This document shows, piece after piece, positions 35,359 through 49,111 of a stretch of DNA of 64,000 nt. How positions within the stretch are numbered: the stretch's first letter is position 1; every line of letters starts with the position of its first letter. Origin of the DNA: Scyliorhinus canicula (taxonomy: Eukaryota); contig NC_052149.1 of NCBI RefSeq assembly GCF_902713615.1, forward strand, positions 126,359,256 through 126,423,255, in the 5' to 3' direction. Under the pieces are notes generated by a model, which saw only the letters and a program-made list of their open reading frames with translations, made no database searches and was not told the DNA's origin. A program made the translations under genes and the position numbers.

Positions 35359-36660
35359 GCTGGATTCTCTGATTTTGAGACTAAGTACCGATGTGAAAAC
35401 AGTGGCGTTTTGCGACAGGAAAAATGGCGCAACAGCTGCACCGATTCAGCTACCTCAAATGGGCTAGCACCATATCTACGGGAAACACAACCAATTGCAT
35501 GCAAAATGGTGCTGGATTAGCCGGGTCCGTGATTGGCGCACATGAAGCTCACAAGCCACAGCCGCACTGAAACGATCCATCCCCACACACACACACCATC
35601 CCAGCCAACAAGATGGCTGCAAGGAGAGCAGTGCCACGGCACAGAGACGCTGAGCTGAACACCCTCATGGGCGCCGTACAGGAGAGAAGGATGACCCTGT
35701 ACCCCGGCCTGGGATGAAGGCCGGCAGGTGCCGCCGTTCGCCATGCCTGGGCACAGGCGGCAGAGGCATGCAGTGCAGGAAGAAATTCCAGGTCCTCCTC
35801 AGGGCAGCAAGGGTGAGTCAGCAGCGGTGTGCCCCTGGCACTAACCCCGTCCCCTGAATATACCCGTACCCGGGCCCTCCCCCCAGGGGACAGCCGAACC
35901 CTCACCCTACCCCACATGCCAGCCGCCATGGCCGGGTGCAGCACGTGTCAGAATGTTGAACAGTTTTTCTGTTTGTGTTCGCGCCCTGATTCTCCTCCGC
36001 AAGGCGAAGGCTGCCCACCACAGCCGGGAGCAGGAGTAGACCGGATGGGAACCACCAGAACTGCGGCCCATCACCATGCCTGGGCAGAGAGCACTGGACG
36101 TGGTCGGTGGCCCAGAGAAAACGGAGGTCGGCGAGGTGGAGTTCGGTGGCAGGCGAGCAAGTGAAACCCTGCTTAGTTGCGGATCCCCATGACAAATATA
36201 TGCCCCAAATGTACACTGACTTTCCGTCACAGCTGTCTCCAACACCCTCCACCAGCCCAGAGCCTGCCATCTCGGTTGGGCACATTAGTGAAGAGGCTCC
36301 TGGGACACTATCTGATGAGCACCACCCATCGCATCCGGTACAGTAGGTGGAGATAGGAGCAGCCGAGGGGCCGGATGGTCGGTGGGAAGGCCAGCCCCAG
36401 GAACCAGCTGCCGTCCTGATGGGTCCCGAGCTCCTGGAACATCCAGTCCCAGCCATAGTGCAGCTGCAGTCAGAGACCCAGGGACTACAAGAGGGGATGA
36501 TGGTGGGCGTCCAGCACCTGCGGGCGGAGGTGGAGGAGTCCATCCACCTGCAGGAGCAGGGGGTGGTGCCAGTCATGCATGCCACCCAGACCGACACCAC
36601 ACAGGTGGTGGCCGTGGTGGAGGCATTGGGGGTAACGGTTTCGGCTATGGATCAGCATGA
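35359..36660 (+). pseudogene. Harbinger left end (TIR gggctggattctc) plus Myb/SANT-like gene remnant
   Basis: MAARRAVPRHRDAELNTLMGAVQERRMTLYPG N-terminus; TDFPSQLSPTP and QHLRAEVEES homologous to 1320-1700. Confidence 0.75.
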
Positions 36661-38871
36661 TTTTGCAATTTTGTATTTTACATTTTATTTCAGCTCTGCT
36701 TTGATTTTAATATTTGAAGTGATTTTGTATTTTATCACTTGACAAACACTGATCTTAACCCAGCTATGATTGTCCTTTGATTAATTAATCAATAATAATC
36801 AGCAGTGACCTGTTTTTCTCAATCTTGTTTTCTCTCTGTACTGGCCACACAGCTGTTTCGACTAATCATTTGTTTTTCCACTTTCTCAAACTAGAATATT
36901 AAAATAAGTTGTTTTTTGTTGATTAGAAGTGCTGTTCTCCGGCATTCTGTGACCTTGGATTACAGAGCAAGTCGCTGAATAATCTTATCTGCTGTGGTCA
37001 CCTGAAGCATCAGAAGATGAAGTTTCATTGATGGACATAACACCTGATTGATGACAGATGGGAAAACACCATCAAGAGCTCCGTAAACAAGCTGAATATG
37101 ACAAAGTCTGCTTCACCTTGAGCTCCCTGTGAGAGGAACTGAGAAGAGCTGAGATTTGTTTGGGGAAAGATTGTGTGGCAGGCTTCACGATACTGGAATG
37201 GAGCCAGAAATCCAGTTTAAAGAGACATTGCTTCAGAGACTCAGTGCTGGGGTGGAATAGTCATCCACGGACATCAGGAGGAAGGGTCAGAAACAGACTG
37301 ACTGAGCATAGTGCCCACCCATTGGGGTTACTGAGTGACTTGGTGATGTGTTTATTGAGGGGACAGTAACGGGGCACTAATTGTGGGGGAGCTGTGGTGG
37401 AACAGAACAAATTGTGGTTATTGTTTGTATTTAAATAAAGATCAGTCTGTCTTCTTTTCCTCAGATATATACAAAGTGCTTCTCCTTTCAATAAAGTTAT
37501 CTTTCTTCCTTTCAATACTATCATTCTTAGAAATTAATTTTATATGTTATAAATTATCATTGTCATATTATAATCATTATGCTTCCCCGCTGTTACCAGA
37601 CCCCTGAATGGCTCTCTTATGGACTGAATTGATGTTGCTATGCTTCTTCTCTACAGTTGTAGGACTATATTCTGTATGCTGCACCCAGTGTCTATGTATT
37701 TACATTGTGTATTTATAACATGTTCTATGTATTCATGCATGGAGCAATCTGCCTGGACTGTCCACAGAACAATACTTTCCACTGTACCTCGGCACACGTG
37801 ACAATAAATAAATCAAATCAAAATCAAATGTCAGTCGCTCATTCCTGTAATGTCCAGAGTGCAGCTTCGAACCTCAGTGAGACTCCGAAAGGGATTCTCA
37901 CCTCTCCTCACAGGGGAACACTTTATTGTCCGGCCCCCGACCGGCGTGGCGGGAATCCCGCCCCCGCACAAAAACCAACAGCAGAGAATACGGCAGCTGG
38001 CGTCGGGGCGGGATTCACGCCGCCCCGTGGATTCTCCGACGCGGCGGGGGGTCGGAGAATCCTGCTCGATGGCTCAGAGATGTATTTGGGAAAAAGGACG
38101 CAACATACAAACTTTATTTGAGAACTAAAATTGATAATCTGCCCCTCAGCTGTAACATTGGAACCAGGCAGGGGGAGATAAAGCAAAGATCCGGAGATAG
38201 ATACCCCTCCCCCTTTGACATGAAATGGTTAATGTGGTCTGAAGAGTAAGAAAACAATTTTTTTAATGATCAAGGTAACCGGGAAACTGTCATTCAGGTT
38301 AAATTATCAAAAGGGAACAATGCGACTCGGGTAACATTGCCCTGACCTTTACACTAATGACCCAGCTGGAAATGTGGACATAAAGGGATTGCCCAACACC
38401 AGCTCGGGTGTGGGGACAATTCTGTTATCTGTGTCCAACTCAGGAATGGACATTATGGTGGTAAGGACTAATCAGCCCCCCCTTCTTTGGGTGGCAGAAT
38501 TTGAGGGACAGTATTGCCCAGAGCAATGTATAAATGTTGTTAATCGGCTTGGCTGTAGACATTCGAGATGTTTTAATTTGTCAATCTGTGGCTGTCAGAA
38601 ACACACTCAGTGCCCAGCCGCCATGTCACTGCCCCAGGATGGGGTAATTAGAAGTGGAGAAAGCCAAAGTGACATTATGGGATGTTACAATGGGGAGCCT
38701 GGAAGTGACCGACTATTTGACCAACCTCATCCTGATCTTATTGGTTGAAGTATGCCAAATCTTAAAGGTTAAAAGACTGGGGTTATAGTCTATGACTGCA
38801 GAGGTTATGATTTTAAAAGGATTTTGCTTTGCTTTGCTTGGGGGCTTTTAGGAGCCAAAAGGTGAAATTGA

Positions 38872-39205
38872 ACATAGAATCATAGAATCCACAGTACACA
38901 AGGAGGCCATTCAGCCCATCGAGTATACACCGACCCTTGGAAAGAGCACACTACATAAGCCCACATCTCCACCATAACCCAATTGCCTACCTAACCTTTT
39001 TGGACACGAAGGGCAATTTTGCACGGCCAATCCACCTAACCTGCACATCTTTGGACTATGGGAGGAAACCGGAGCACTTGGAGGAAGCTCACACAGACAC
39101 TTGAAGATCGTACAGACTCCGCACAGACAGTGACCCAAGCCGGGAATCAAACCCAGGTCCCTGGTGCTGTGAAGCAACAGTGGTAACCACTGTGCTACAG
39201 TGCCG
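38872..39205 (-). mobile_element. V-SINE (HE1-type)
   Basis: Core and tail as in the other copies. Confidence 0.88.
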
Positions 39206-40607
39206 GCCAGAGGAATGTGTTTTCAGTCTGGGCTAATGCATTCTGGATTGACTGGGGAAATTCTCTGAAAGTTATTGTGCTTTCAACCTGCAGAGTTAAT
39301 TTATTTTTCAGCTTGGGGAGATGATGCCATTGCTGGGTGGAGCTAAGGGATTGAGAAAGAGTTTTTATAAAAGCTTTGGAGAGAAGTTGAATCTGATCTG
39401 GCTGACACTGAGTTCATAATTCTCTCCCAGCAGGATAGTTGTAAAAAGAGTAATAATATTTAAAGCAGTAAAGTCTTATCTGAGGACAAGGAAGAAGCTA
39501 AAACATGCCAGATGAATCAAAGTTTTGAAGATATTCAGCCAGAGTCTGAAGGGGTTCTAACAGGAGCCAAATCTATTCTGTCGAGCAAGTCCTACTTTCT
39601 GCCATGCTAATTTTAAGATGGATTGAGAGTTGTATGTTTCTTGTGGAATTCAGTATGTTGGGGTAAATGGTTTTGTTTGGTGCTGAAGAAGGAATCCCGC
39701 ACCAGCTCAGGATATGCCCAGAACATATGCACATAATTTGCCGGACCCTCCCACAACACTCATATTTACATTCCACCCACAAACACCGACTCATCCTAGT
39801 CCTGGTTAAGTGTGTCTTGGGCACCATTTTCAACGGTGTCAGCCCAAGCCTCGTGTATGACGAAGAAGCATCCTACACAAGGCCCTCATCCAATTCCACC
39901 CCCAACTCTTCCTCCCACTTGGAGTTAGTCCCCAACAGGGATGCAGTTTCCTCCACCCTTATCCTCCTGTAAATCCCTTTGGCGCTCCCCTCTTCCATTC
40001 CCGTGAGTGACAGAATCCTCTCCAACAATGAAGCTGGCAGCACCACCGGCAATAAGGGGGAGACCTTCCTGGCAAAGTCCCAAACTTCTCTGATAGCTTC
40101 TCCGGGCTCACAAACCACTCCTGCAGAATCAAGTTCTCCGGGCCATCCCCCCTGTTGCCCACCCAGCCTCAAACTCTGCCATCCAGCCTTGCCGGCTGAG
40201 ACACGTGGCGATCACAAATCGGTGCCAACTTCAACATCCTACCTCACTTAAAATGCTGCCGGAATTGCAGCCATATTATCAACGTCGCGACCACCACTGG
40301 GTTGCATGAATATTCCCCTGGAGAGAATGGGCCAGTATCCACTGCCCCGATCCCCGACATGAACCAGATTCCATCCTCACCCAAACAGCCTCCTGGTCCC
40401 CACACCAGCCCAACATTTTCTCTGTACTTGTTGTCCAATAATACAAGCTGAGACTCAGCACTGCCAAGCCCCCAGATTGCCGGTCCCTCTGCAGAACCGT
40501 TCACCAAATCATTCCAACCTACAATGGCCCAAATAAAGGACAAAATTAGGCTCTCTACCCCCACAAAAAATGCTTTTGGCAAAAGAACCAGCAAGCATTG
40601 TAATGGT

Positions 40608-40845
40608 TGTGGTGATCCACTGTGTAATTGTGAGTGTGCCTGTATTAGGGGATGTACAGCAGTACCTGTACTACAGGTTCGCCGGTAGCCCCTGCCGGCT
40701 AGCTCCACCCACAGGGAGCCGTATAAATATGTATGAGTTCTCCTGAGCAGCCAATCTACCAGCTGCAGTCGGAGGATAAACATCTAACTGTAATAAAGCC
40801 TCTCTTGTACCCATTCGAGTCTTTAGTACAATTGATAGCGCATCA
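40608..40845 (+). mobile_element. Gypsy-type solo LTR, 238 bp, with 5-bp TSD ATGGT
   Basis: TG...CA ends; ATGGT at 40603-40607 and 40846-40850; similar to the LTR at 26884. Confidence 0.9.
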
Positions 40846-41043
40846 ATGGTATCAGAGACCGTGGCAGAATGTACCTCTTCACAGACTGCACTCGACCTGC
40901 ATAGGACACAGGAATATTACCCCCTCTGTATGTCAGCCTTCACCCTACTCACCAGGCTTCGTAAAGTTTAATTTCCGTAGCTGCGCCCAATCTTGTGCCA
41001 CCTACACACCCAAGCACCTGAAATCAGTGCTCATCAAATGGAT

Positions 41044-41828
41044 GGCACGGTGGCAGAGTGGTTAGCACTGCTGCCTCACAGTTCCAGGGACCCGGGTTCA
41101 ATTCTGGCCTTGGGTGACTGTCCATGTGGAATAAACACAATCTTCCCGTGCGCAGGGTAGCATGGTGGTTAGCATAAATGCTTCACAGCTCCAGGGTCCC
41201 AGGTTCGATTCCCGGCTGGGTCACTGTCTGTGTGGAGTCTGCACGTCCTCCCCCTGTGTGCGTGGGTTTCCTCCGGGTGCTCCGGTTTCCTCCCACAGTC
41301 CAAAGATGTGCAGGTTAGGTGGATTGGCCATGCTAAATTGCCCGTAGTGTCCTAATAAAAGTAAGGTTAAGGGGGGGTTGTTGGGTTAGGGGTATAGGGT
41401 GGATACGTGAGTTTGAGTAGGGTGATCATGGCTCGGCACAACATTGAGGGCCGAAGGGCCTGTTCTGTGCTGTACTGTTCTATCTATCTCAGGGGCCTCA
41501 CGGTAGCATGGTGGTTAGCATCAATGCTTCACAGCTCCAGGGTCCCAGGTTCGATTCCCGGCTGGGTCACTGTCTGTGTGGAGTCTGCACGTCCTCCCCG
41601 TGTGTGCGTGGGTTTCCTCCGGGTGCTCCGGTTTCCTCCCACAGTCCAAAGATGTGCGGGTTAGGTGGATTGGCCATGCTAAATTGCCCGTAGTGTAAGG
41701 TTAATGGGGGGATTGTTGGGTTACGGGTATACGGGTTACGTGGGTTTAAGTAGGGTGATCATTGCTCGGCACAACATCGAGGGCCGAAGGGCCTGTTCTG
41801 TGCTGTACTGTTCTATGTTCTATGTTCT
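41044..41828 (+). mobile_element. SINE stack: partial head (41044-41135) plus two young tandem V-SINEs (41152-41488, 41492-41828)
   Basis: Near-identical bodies with different tails. Confidence 0.9.
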
Positions 41829-41830
41829 AA

Positions 41831-42210
41831 CACAAGCTGGGCCCCAGCCTTAGATTCCCTGTATACCAGACTCCACCCACGGCACAAGCTGGGCCCAAGC
41901 CTTAGATTCCCTTTATACCAGACTCCACCCACGGCACAAGCTGGGCCCAAGCCTTAGATTCCCTGTATACCAGGCTCCACCCACGACACAAGCTGGGCCC
42001 AAGCCTTAGATTCCCTGTATACCAGACTCTACCCACAACACAAGCTGGGCCCAAGCCTTAGATTCCCTGTATACCAGACTCCACCCACGGCACAAGCTGG
42101 GCCCAAGCCTTAGATTCCCTTTATACCAGACTCCACCCACGGCACAAGCTGGACCCAAGCCTTAGATTCCCTGTATACCAGGCTCCACCCACGACACAAA
42201 CTGGGCCCAA
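41831..42210 (+). repeat. 52-bp minisatellite, about 7 copies, derived from L1 ORF2 sequence
   Basis: Period 52 (41831, 41883, 41935); runs into L1 RFGIGP sequence. Confidence 0.88.
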
Positions 42211-43079
42211 TCCCAAATCGCTCCGACACCTCAAGCAAATTGCTCCACTCTACCTTACTGAAGGTCTTTTCTGCGCCAGCGTCACAATGTCCTCCTGTAC
42301 CATCCTCCCCTCTTCCAGTGGGGACAGAACCACATTTAACAGGAGCCACAATTTAGTGGACAACAGCCTACACTTCACAAAACCCTGTTCGATCCTTCCC
42401 AACAATACTCAGGAGACACTCCTCCAATCAGAGAGCCAGCACCTTTGCCAGGATCTTAACATCCACATTCACTAAAGAGATTGGCCGATTCGATCTGCAA
42501 TCCATCAGGTCCTTATCCATCTTCAGAATGACGGAGATAGATTCCTGCATCATCATCTGGGAGTGACCCCCAAGCCATTGAGTCCTGAAATCCCTGCACT
42601 AGCAGCAGTATCAGCCGGTCAGCAAGCTTTTAATAAAATTCCATCAGGAACCCCCGGCACCTTGCTTCCGATTGCCTGTTGAACTTCCTCTGCTCCCAGA
42701 GGCTCTTCTCATCTTCCCGTTCTTCCTCACCCAATGTAGGAGACTCCAACCTCTCTAAAAACGTCCCCAAGTCCGATTTGTCCTCTGGCTGTTCCGACCT
42801 ATACAACCTCTCATAGAACACCTCAAATGCCCCATTCATCATTTCAGACGTGACCACTAACCCATCTCCCATACCCCACACCTGAACAATCTCTCGGGAA
42901 GCTGCTTGCCCTCTCAACTGGCCAGCCAACAAGTGACTGGCCTTCTCCCCATATTCATACATCACCCCCACACCCCGCCCCAGCCCTCCGTAGTTGGTGC
43001 ACCGCCTTATCCGTAGCCCCCAGATTAAACTGTATCTGAAGATTCTTCCCACTAGCCAATAGTTCAGGGGTGGGATCTG

Positions 43080-43426
43080 TCATGTTCTCTATTTTGCTTT
43101 ACCTGGATGGCTCGGATGCGTAGTGTTGAACAAGGAACATAAAGCTTTGTTGACAAACAAAACTGTGAATTTATTTACACTAGTAACTAAGATTCATTAA
43201 CATTCATAAACTAGAAGGCTATAGTATTAAACTATACAATCTCTAATTTATAGAACCCTCACGAATACAACTGCTCTCTCTCACACCTCACTATCTAATC
43301 GTCTCATTATCTAATCTTCTTAATCTTCTAATCCCAGAATCCCCAAGTCACATGATATATATATGAATGTTCTGTGGTTCCCTCTAGTGGTATGAATCAT
43401 TATCATTAACTTGCTATCCCTTTACA
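43080..43426 (-). mobile_element. Probable solo LTR inside L1
   Basis: Similar to 2642-2971 (gtgttgaacaaggaacat, tttatttacacta, aagtcacatgatat). Confidence 0.65.
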
Positions 43427-44799
43427 TCCCAGTCAATGCACATATCATGACCGGGTCCTCTGCATATTTACCTTCCACCTCCAGAATTCCATCTGCCAGC
43501 CACTGCCGCTCCTCCCTCAGCTCCCTATCAGCCTGCACCTTATGTGCAATTATCTCTCACCATCCTCAACACCTCCTATTGCACCGAGGACGAGACCTCC
43601 CCATTTCTATTAAACCCAACATTCTTATTAATCGCCGTTGCCACCCTCACACAAAACCCCAGATCTGTTATCAGCCCAAAATCTAAACTGCAGACTGGCC
43701 ATTGGGCCGCCCCTTCTCCAGCACCACATCCACCAGGTGTGGGGCACAATCTGAAATAACAATCGCAGAATATTCTGCTCCCCGAGCCCTCGGCAACAGG
43801 GACTGCTCCACAATAAAGAAATGAATACGTGAATAGATCTCATTCACTGGCGAGAAGAAATAAACCTTCTTGTCGCCCGGCCACAGATCCGCTCCCCCAT
43901 CCCTATCGTAAACACCACCGACACGCTCGGCGCCCCTGAAAGAGACAAAGACTTTGGTTTGGAGCGGTCCACTTTTGTATCCAAGACTGTACTCCAGTCA
44001 CCCACCCAGGATCAATTGATGTGGATCCATAATCGGTATAGTAGCCATCACCCTCTTCACAAACTCTGCTCATCCCAATTTGGAGCATATACATTCACCA
44101 ACTACCAACCTGCCCCCTCACACCCAGAGACCTTCACATATCTGTCCCCCTGATCCGCCGCCACCTTCTGCATCTGGAACCACAATCTTTTATTGATCAG
44201 GATTGCCACTCCCCAGCCCTGCTGTCAAAGCCCGAATAAAATACCTGGTTAACCAAACCCTTACGGACCCCAACATGGTCCTTCACCCGCATGTGAGTCT
44301 CCTTCAACAGCATCACATCAGCCTTCAAGCTCTTCAAGTGAGCAATAAATCTCACCAGTTTCACCCGGATCCTCCCAGCACATTCCACGTCACCAACTGA
44401 ATCGCAGGTCCCCCCCCCCCCCCCCCACCCCCCCACCTCCCACCCCTCACCGTTGACTCACGAACTGTAGTTTGCTGCTCGGGTGGCACACTTGCCAGAG
44501 TGCCCCTCACCCAATAATCAACAAAGATCACACTCAAGGAGCCCTCCACACACAACTTAATATCTCAAAAACCCTTTCCCTCTCCATTTCCATATACCTA
44601 TACCTACCACTAAAAGCACAAAAGACAAAGGAGAGAAGTAACCCCATTCTATGAACAAGCCCAAAACACTTTTCAATTAACCATTCACAATACCATAATA
44701 CTAAAACAATGACGAGCCCCAAGTAAAACAAAGAAATGCACAACACATAGCCCTCCAGCACCCCCTCTTTTAAACCAAAGTCCCTCTTCCAACATTCAG

Positions 44800-45268
44800 A
44801 TTTACCAGCATGCTACCAGGAGTTGATGGTCTGAGTTATAAGGAGAGGCTGGATAGGCTGGGACTATTTTCCCTGAAGCGTAGGAGGCTTGAGGTGATTT
44901 TATAGAGGTCAATAAAATAATGAGGAGCATCGATAAGATAGATAGGCAACATCATTTCCCAAAGGTTGAGGAGTCTACAACTAGAGGGCATAGGTTTAAG
45001 GTGCGAGGGGAGAGATACAAAAGAGACGAGAGGGAAAATGTTTTCACACAGAGGGTGGTGAGCATCTGGAACGAGCTGCCAGAGGCAGTGGTAGAGGTGG
45101 GTACAATTTGTTCCTTTAAAAAACAGTTAGACAGTTACATGGGCAGGGTGGGTATAGAGGGATAGGGGCCAAATGCGGGAAAGTGGGACTAACGTAGTGA
45201 TAGAAACTGGGCAGCATGGACAAGCTGGGCTGAAGGGCCTGCTTCCATGCTGTAAATATCTCTGATTC
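44800..45268 (+). mobile_element. CR1 3' fragment inserted in L1
   Basis: HRFKVRGERY, FTQRVVSIWNELP, 3'UTR. Confidence 0.85.
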
Positions 45269-46019
45269 TAGTCGCAGTTCAGTCCAAGTCCCTCTGCCTT
45301 CACGAACGCCTCCGCCTTCTCAGCTGCCCCGAAGAGTTGTGTGTGACCCTTAACTAGGCCACTCCAAAATGCACTCGGTTTTTGTGAAGAGTTGCCTTCG
45401 CCCTATTGAAGGTCTCGCCAGCTCCACCATGACATCCTGGTATGTCCGAATACCATTGCCATCCCACCTCACACCATTGCCATCCCACCTCACACCATTG
45501 CCATCCCACCTCACACCATTGCCATCCCACCTCACCTCATGGTTCTGCTTCACCCATTGCAGCACCTTCTCCTTCATCTGGTATCTGTGAAAGCAGGTTG
45601 TTACACCTCTACCTGGCTCGGTAGCCTTTGGCTTTGGCCGGAGCGACCGATGTGCCGTATCCAGCATGAAGGGGGGAGGCAGCACCTCCTCTCCAACAAC
45701 TTCCCAAACATTGTTGAAAAGTACTCCGGCCACTGGCCCTCCACACCCTCAGGCAGCCCCACGATCTGCAAATTCAGCCGCCGGGACCTGTTTTCCGGGT
45801 CCTTGACCTTTGCTCCCAGGCCCTTATTACTGTCACTCGACACGATGCTAAATTCTTTTTCCGCTGCCTTCGACTTTGTACTCGTTTCTTCGGGTAGGAT
45901 TCCTCCCCCCGTTCAACAGATCCTTTTACCCGCCCCCAGTATTCTCCCTCCACATGGACCCCTCTCTCTGGCCGCTTACCGCCTCTTGATCTTTTCATTC
46001 AGACCTGTCGCGTGACAGT

Positions 46020-48000
46020 GACCATCTCAGTTTCTCTGCGCCTCTCACCCAATCTAACCTGCCTCCTTCTGAACTGACTCCACTACCTCAGGTCCAACCC
46101 TGATTTTGTCATCAAACCCGCCGACAAAAGGTGGGGCTGTTGTTTTCTGGCGTACTGACCTCTCCCTGACTGAAGTTGAACACCAACTCTCCGACACTTC
46201 TTTCGACCTCCCCTTGGACCATGACCCCACCACTGAGCATCAAGTCATTGTTGTTTCCAGGACTGTCACTGACCTCATCTCCTCTGGAGATCTTCTCGCC
46301 ACAGCCTCCAACCTCATAATCTCCCAATCCCGGACAGCCCGCTCGGCCCATCATGTCAGCCGGCTCCTGCCCCACCAAACCCATTTATTCCTACCTTGAC
46401 GCCATATTCTCTCCTTTTGTCCCGTCCCTTCCAATCTACATTTATGATTCCTCCGATGCCCTACACCAGATCAACAACTTCCAATTCCTCGGCCCCAACC
46501 GCCTCCTCTTTACCATGGATATGCAATACCTCTATCCCGCCATTTCCCACCAGGATGCTGTGAGGGCTCTCCGCTATTTCCTTGGGCAGAGGCCTGAATG
46601 ATCCTAATCCACTATTAAGCTCATCTGTCTGGCTGAACCTGTCCCTCTCACTGAACTATTTCTCCGATAACATGTCTCATTTCCTCCAAACCAAAGGTGT
46701 GGCTGTGGGTACCCACATGCTCCCAGTTTTGTCTGTCTCTTTATGGGGTATGTGGAAACTTCCTTGTTCCAGTCCCACTCCGGCCCTATCCCACAATTCT
46801 TTTATCGGTAAATCGATGACTGTTTCGGTGCCACTTCATGTTCCTGTCTGGACCTGGAAAAAAATATTCATTTTGCTTCCAATTTCCACCCTCTATCACC
46901 TTCATATTGTCCATCTCCGACACTTCCCTTCTCTTCTTGACCATTTTATTTCAATTTCTGTGAATCGATTATCTACTAATGTCCATTAGAAACCTCCTGA
47001 TTCCCACAGCTATGAGACCATAAGACATCTGAGCAGTATTAGGCCACTCCGCCCATCGGGTCTGCTCTGCCATTCAATCATGGCTGATAATTTTCTCATT
47101 TCCATTCTCCTGCCTTCTCCCATAACCCTTGACCCCCTTACCTCGACTACAGCTTTTTATACCCCACATCCCGTGAGGACTCCATCCCATTCTCCCAGTT
47201 CCTTCACCTCCGTCGCAGCTGTTCTGATGATGCTACTTCCCAAAACGGTGCTGCTGAGATATCTTCAGACTTCCATAATTGTGGTTTCCCACCCATTGTG
47301 GTCGGCAGGGCTCTCAACCATGTCCGACCCATCGCCCACAACCCTGATCTCATCTCCTCTCCTCCCTCCCAGAACCAGGATAAGGTCCCCCTTGTCCTTT
47401 CTTTTCACCCACCAGCTTCCACAATCAAAGGATCATCCTGCGTCAGTTCCGCCAACTCCAGCATGATTCTACCATCAAACATGTCTTCCCCTCACCCCCT
47501 CTGTCAGCAATCCACAGGGACCATTCCCTCCTGTATACCCTGGTCCACTCCTCCATCACCCCCCAGCACCTCACCCTCTTCTCATGACACCTTCCTATGC
47601 AATCACAGAAGGTGTAAGACTTGTTCTTTTACCTCCTCCCAGCTCACCATCTCAAGGCCTAATCACTCTTTCCAAGTGAGGCAGAGCTTCACGTGCACCT
47701 CCTTCAATCTGCTCTATTTATTCGCTGCTCCCAATGTGATCTACTCTACATTGGAGTGACTAAACGCAGACTGGGTGACCACTTTGCAGAACCCCTTCGG
47801 TCCGTCCGCAAGCAGAACCCAGACCTTCCTGTCGCTGCCATTTCAACTCACCGTCCTCCTCTCACATCCACATGTCTGTCCTTGGCCTGCTGCAATGTTT
47901 CAGTGAAGCCTGGCGCAAACTGGAGGCACAGCACCTCATCTTCCAATTCGGCCCGTTACAGCCTTCCGGACTTAACACTGAGTTCAGGAACTTCAGACTG
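46020..48000 (+). mobile_element. Penelope-like element (RT plus GIY-YIG), decayed; CR1 tail inserted at about 47010-47130
   Basis: VIKPADKSGAVV, LLFTMDMQYLY, FLQTKGVAVGT, C-terminal FIRCSQCDLLYIGVTKRRLGDHFAE. Confidence 0.85.
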
Positions 48001-48134
48001 TGGACTCTCTCCTCCAACTTCATCCATTTTTATTTCAATCAATTGATTTTCATTTCTTCCATTGATCTGTTTTTCCCTGACCATTCGTCCCCCTTCCCCC
48101 ACACCACTTGGACAGCTGTTCATAGTTGCCCTTT

Positions 48135-49110
48135 ACATAGAAACATAGAAAACAGAAGCGGGACGGGGCCATTTGACCCTTTGAGCCTGCTCCACCATTC
48201 ATTATGATCATGGCTGATCATCAAGTTCAAACCCTGATCCCACCTTCCCCCCATATCCCTAAGATACCTTGAGCCCCAAGAGCTGTATCTAATTCCTTCA
48301 GGAAATTACACAACCCTTTGGCCTCCACAACTTTCTGTGGTAGCGAATTCCACAGATTCACCACTCTCTGGGTGAAGAAATTTCTCCTCACCACAGTCCT
48401 AAAAGGTTTACCCCTTATCCTCAAACTATGACCCCCTAGTTCTGGACTCCCCCACCATCAGGAACATTCTTTCTGAATCTGCCGTGTCTAATCCTGTTAG
48501 AATTTGATACGTTTCTATGAGATCGCTTCATGTTCTTGTGCAATGACCGATAGGAATGATGCACATTAGAACATCTGGTTCTTGACTAGTCAAAGTAATT
48601 TATTATTAAACAAATGCATGGTAAAGATAACGATAAGAAATATATTACAAACTACTAATACTGATAAATTACCCAAGAGCTGCTGCAAGTATGACTATCC
48701 ACCAGCACGACTGACATCCAACTCCCCGAGGTACAGAGTCACATGGTAGATTTACACTGCCACCTGCTGGCAGTGGTCATGTACATCATTGTATATATGA
48801 TAGCTTATGCATCTCTTCACAGTCCCCTATCAATCTTCTGAACTCCAATGAATATAATCCTAACAGATTTAGTCACTCCTCAGATGACAGTCCCGCCATC
48901 CCACTAATCAGCCTGGTAAACCTTTGCTGCACTCCCCTCATAGCAAGAACATCCTTCCTCAGTTAAGGACATTAAAACTGCACACATTACTTCAGATATG
49001 GCCTCACCAATGCCCTATACAATTGCAGTAAAACACCTCCTAACTGAAACTCTCTTGCTATGAAGACCAGCATCCCATTTGCCTTCTTTACTGCCCGCTG
49101 TACCTGTGTA
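48135..49110 (-). mobile_element. CR1 3' region interrupted by a probable solo LTR at 48531-48821
   Basis: FRTVVRRNFFTQRVVNLWNSLPQ; host sequence resumes at about 48822. Confidence 0.8.
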
Positions 49111-49111
49111 C

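Larger units (their letters stand above)
39570..46010 (-). mobile_element. Near full-length decayed L1-clade LINE (ORF1 at about 45300-46000; endonuclease at about 43450-44420; RT and C-terminus to 39570) with nested insertions
   Basis: ORF1 ENRSRRLNLQIVGLPEGVEG; endonuclease LVTWNV, LKADVMLLKETH; YEYGEKASHLLA; AEKTFSKVEW; C-terminal KWEEELG. Confidence 0.82.
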
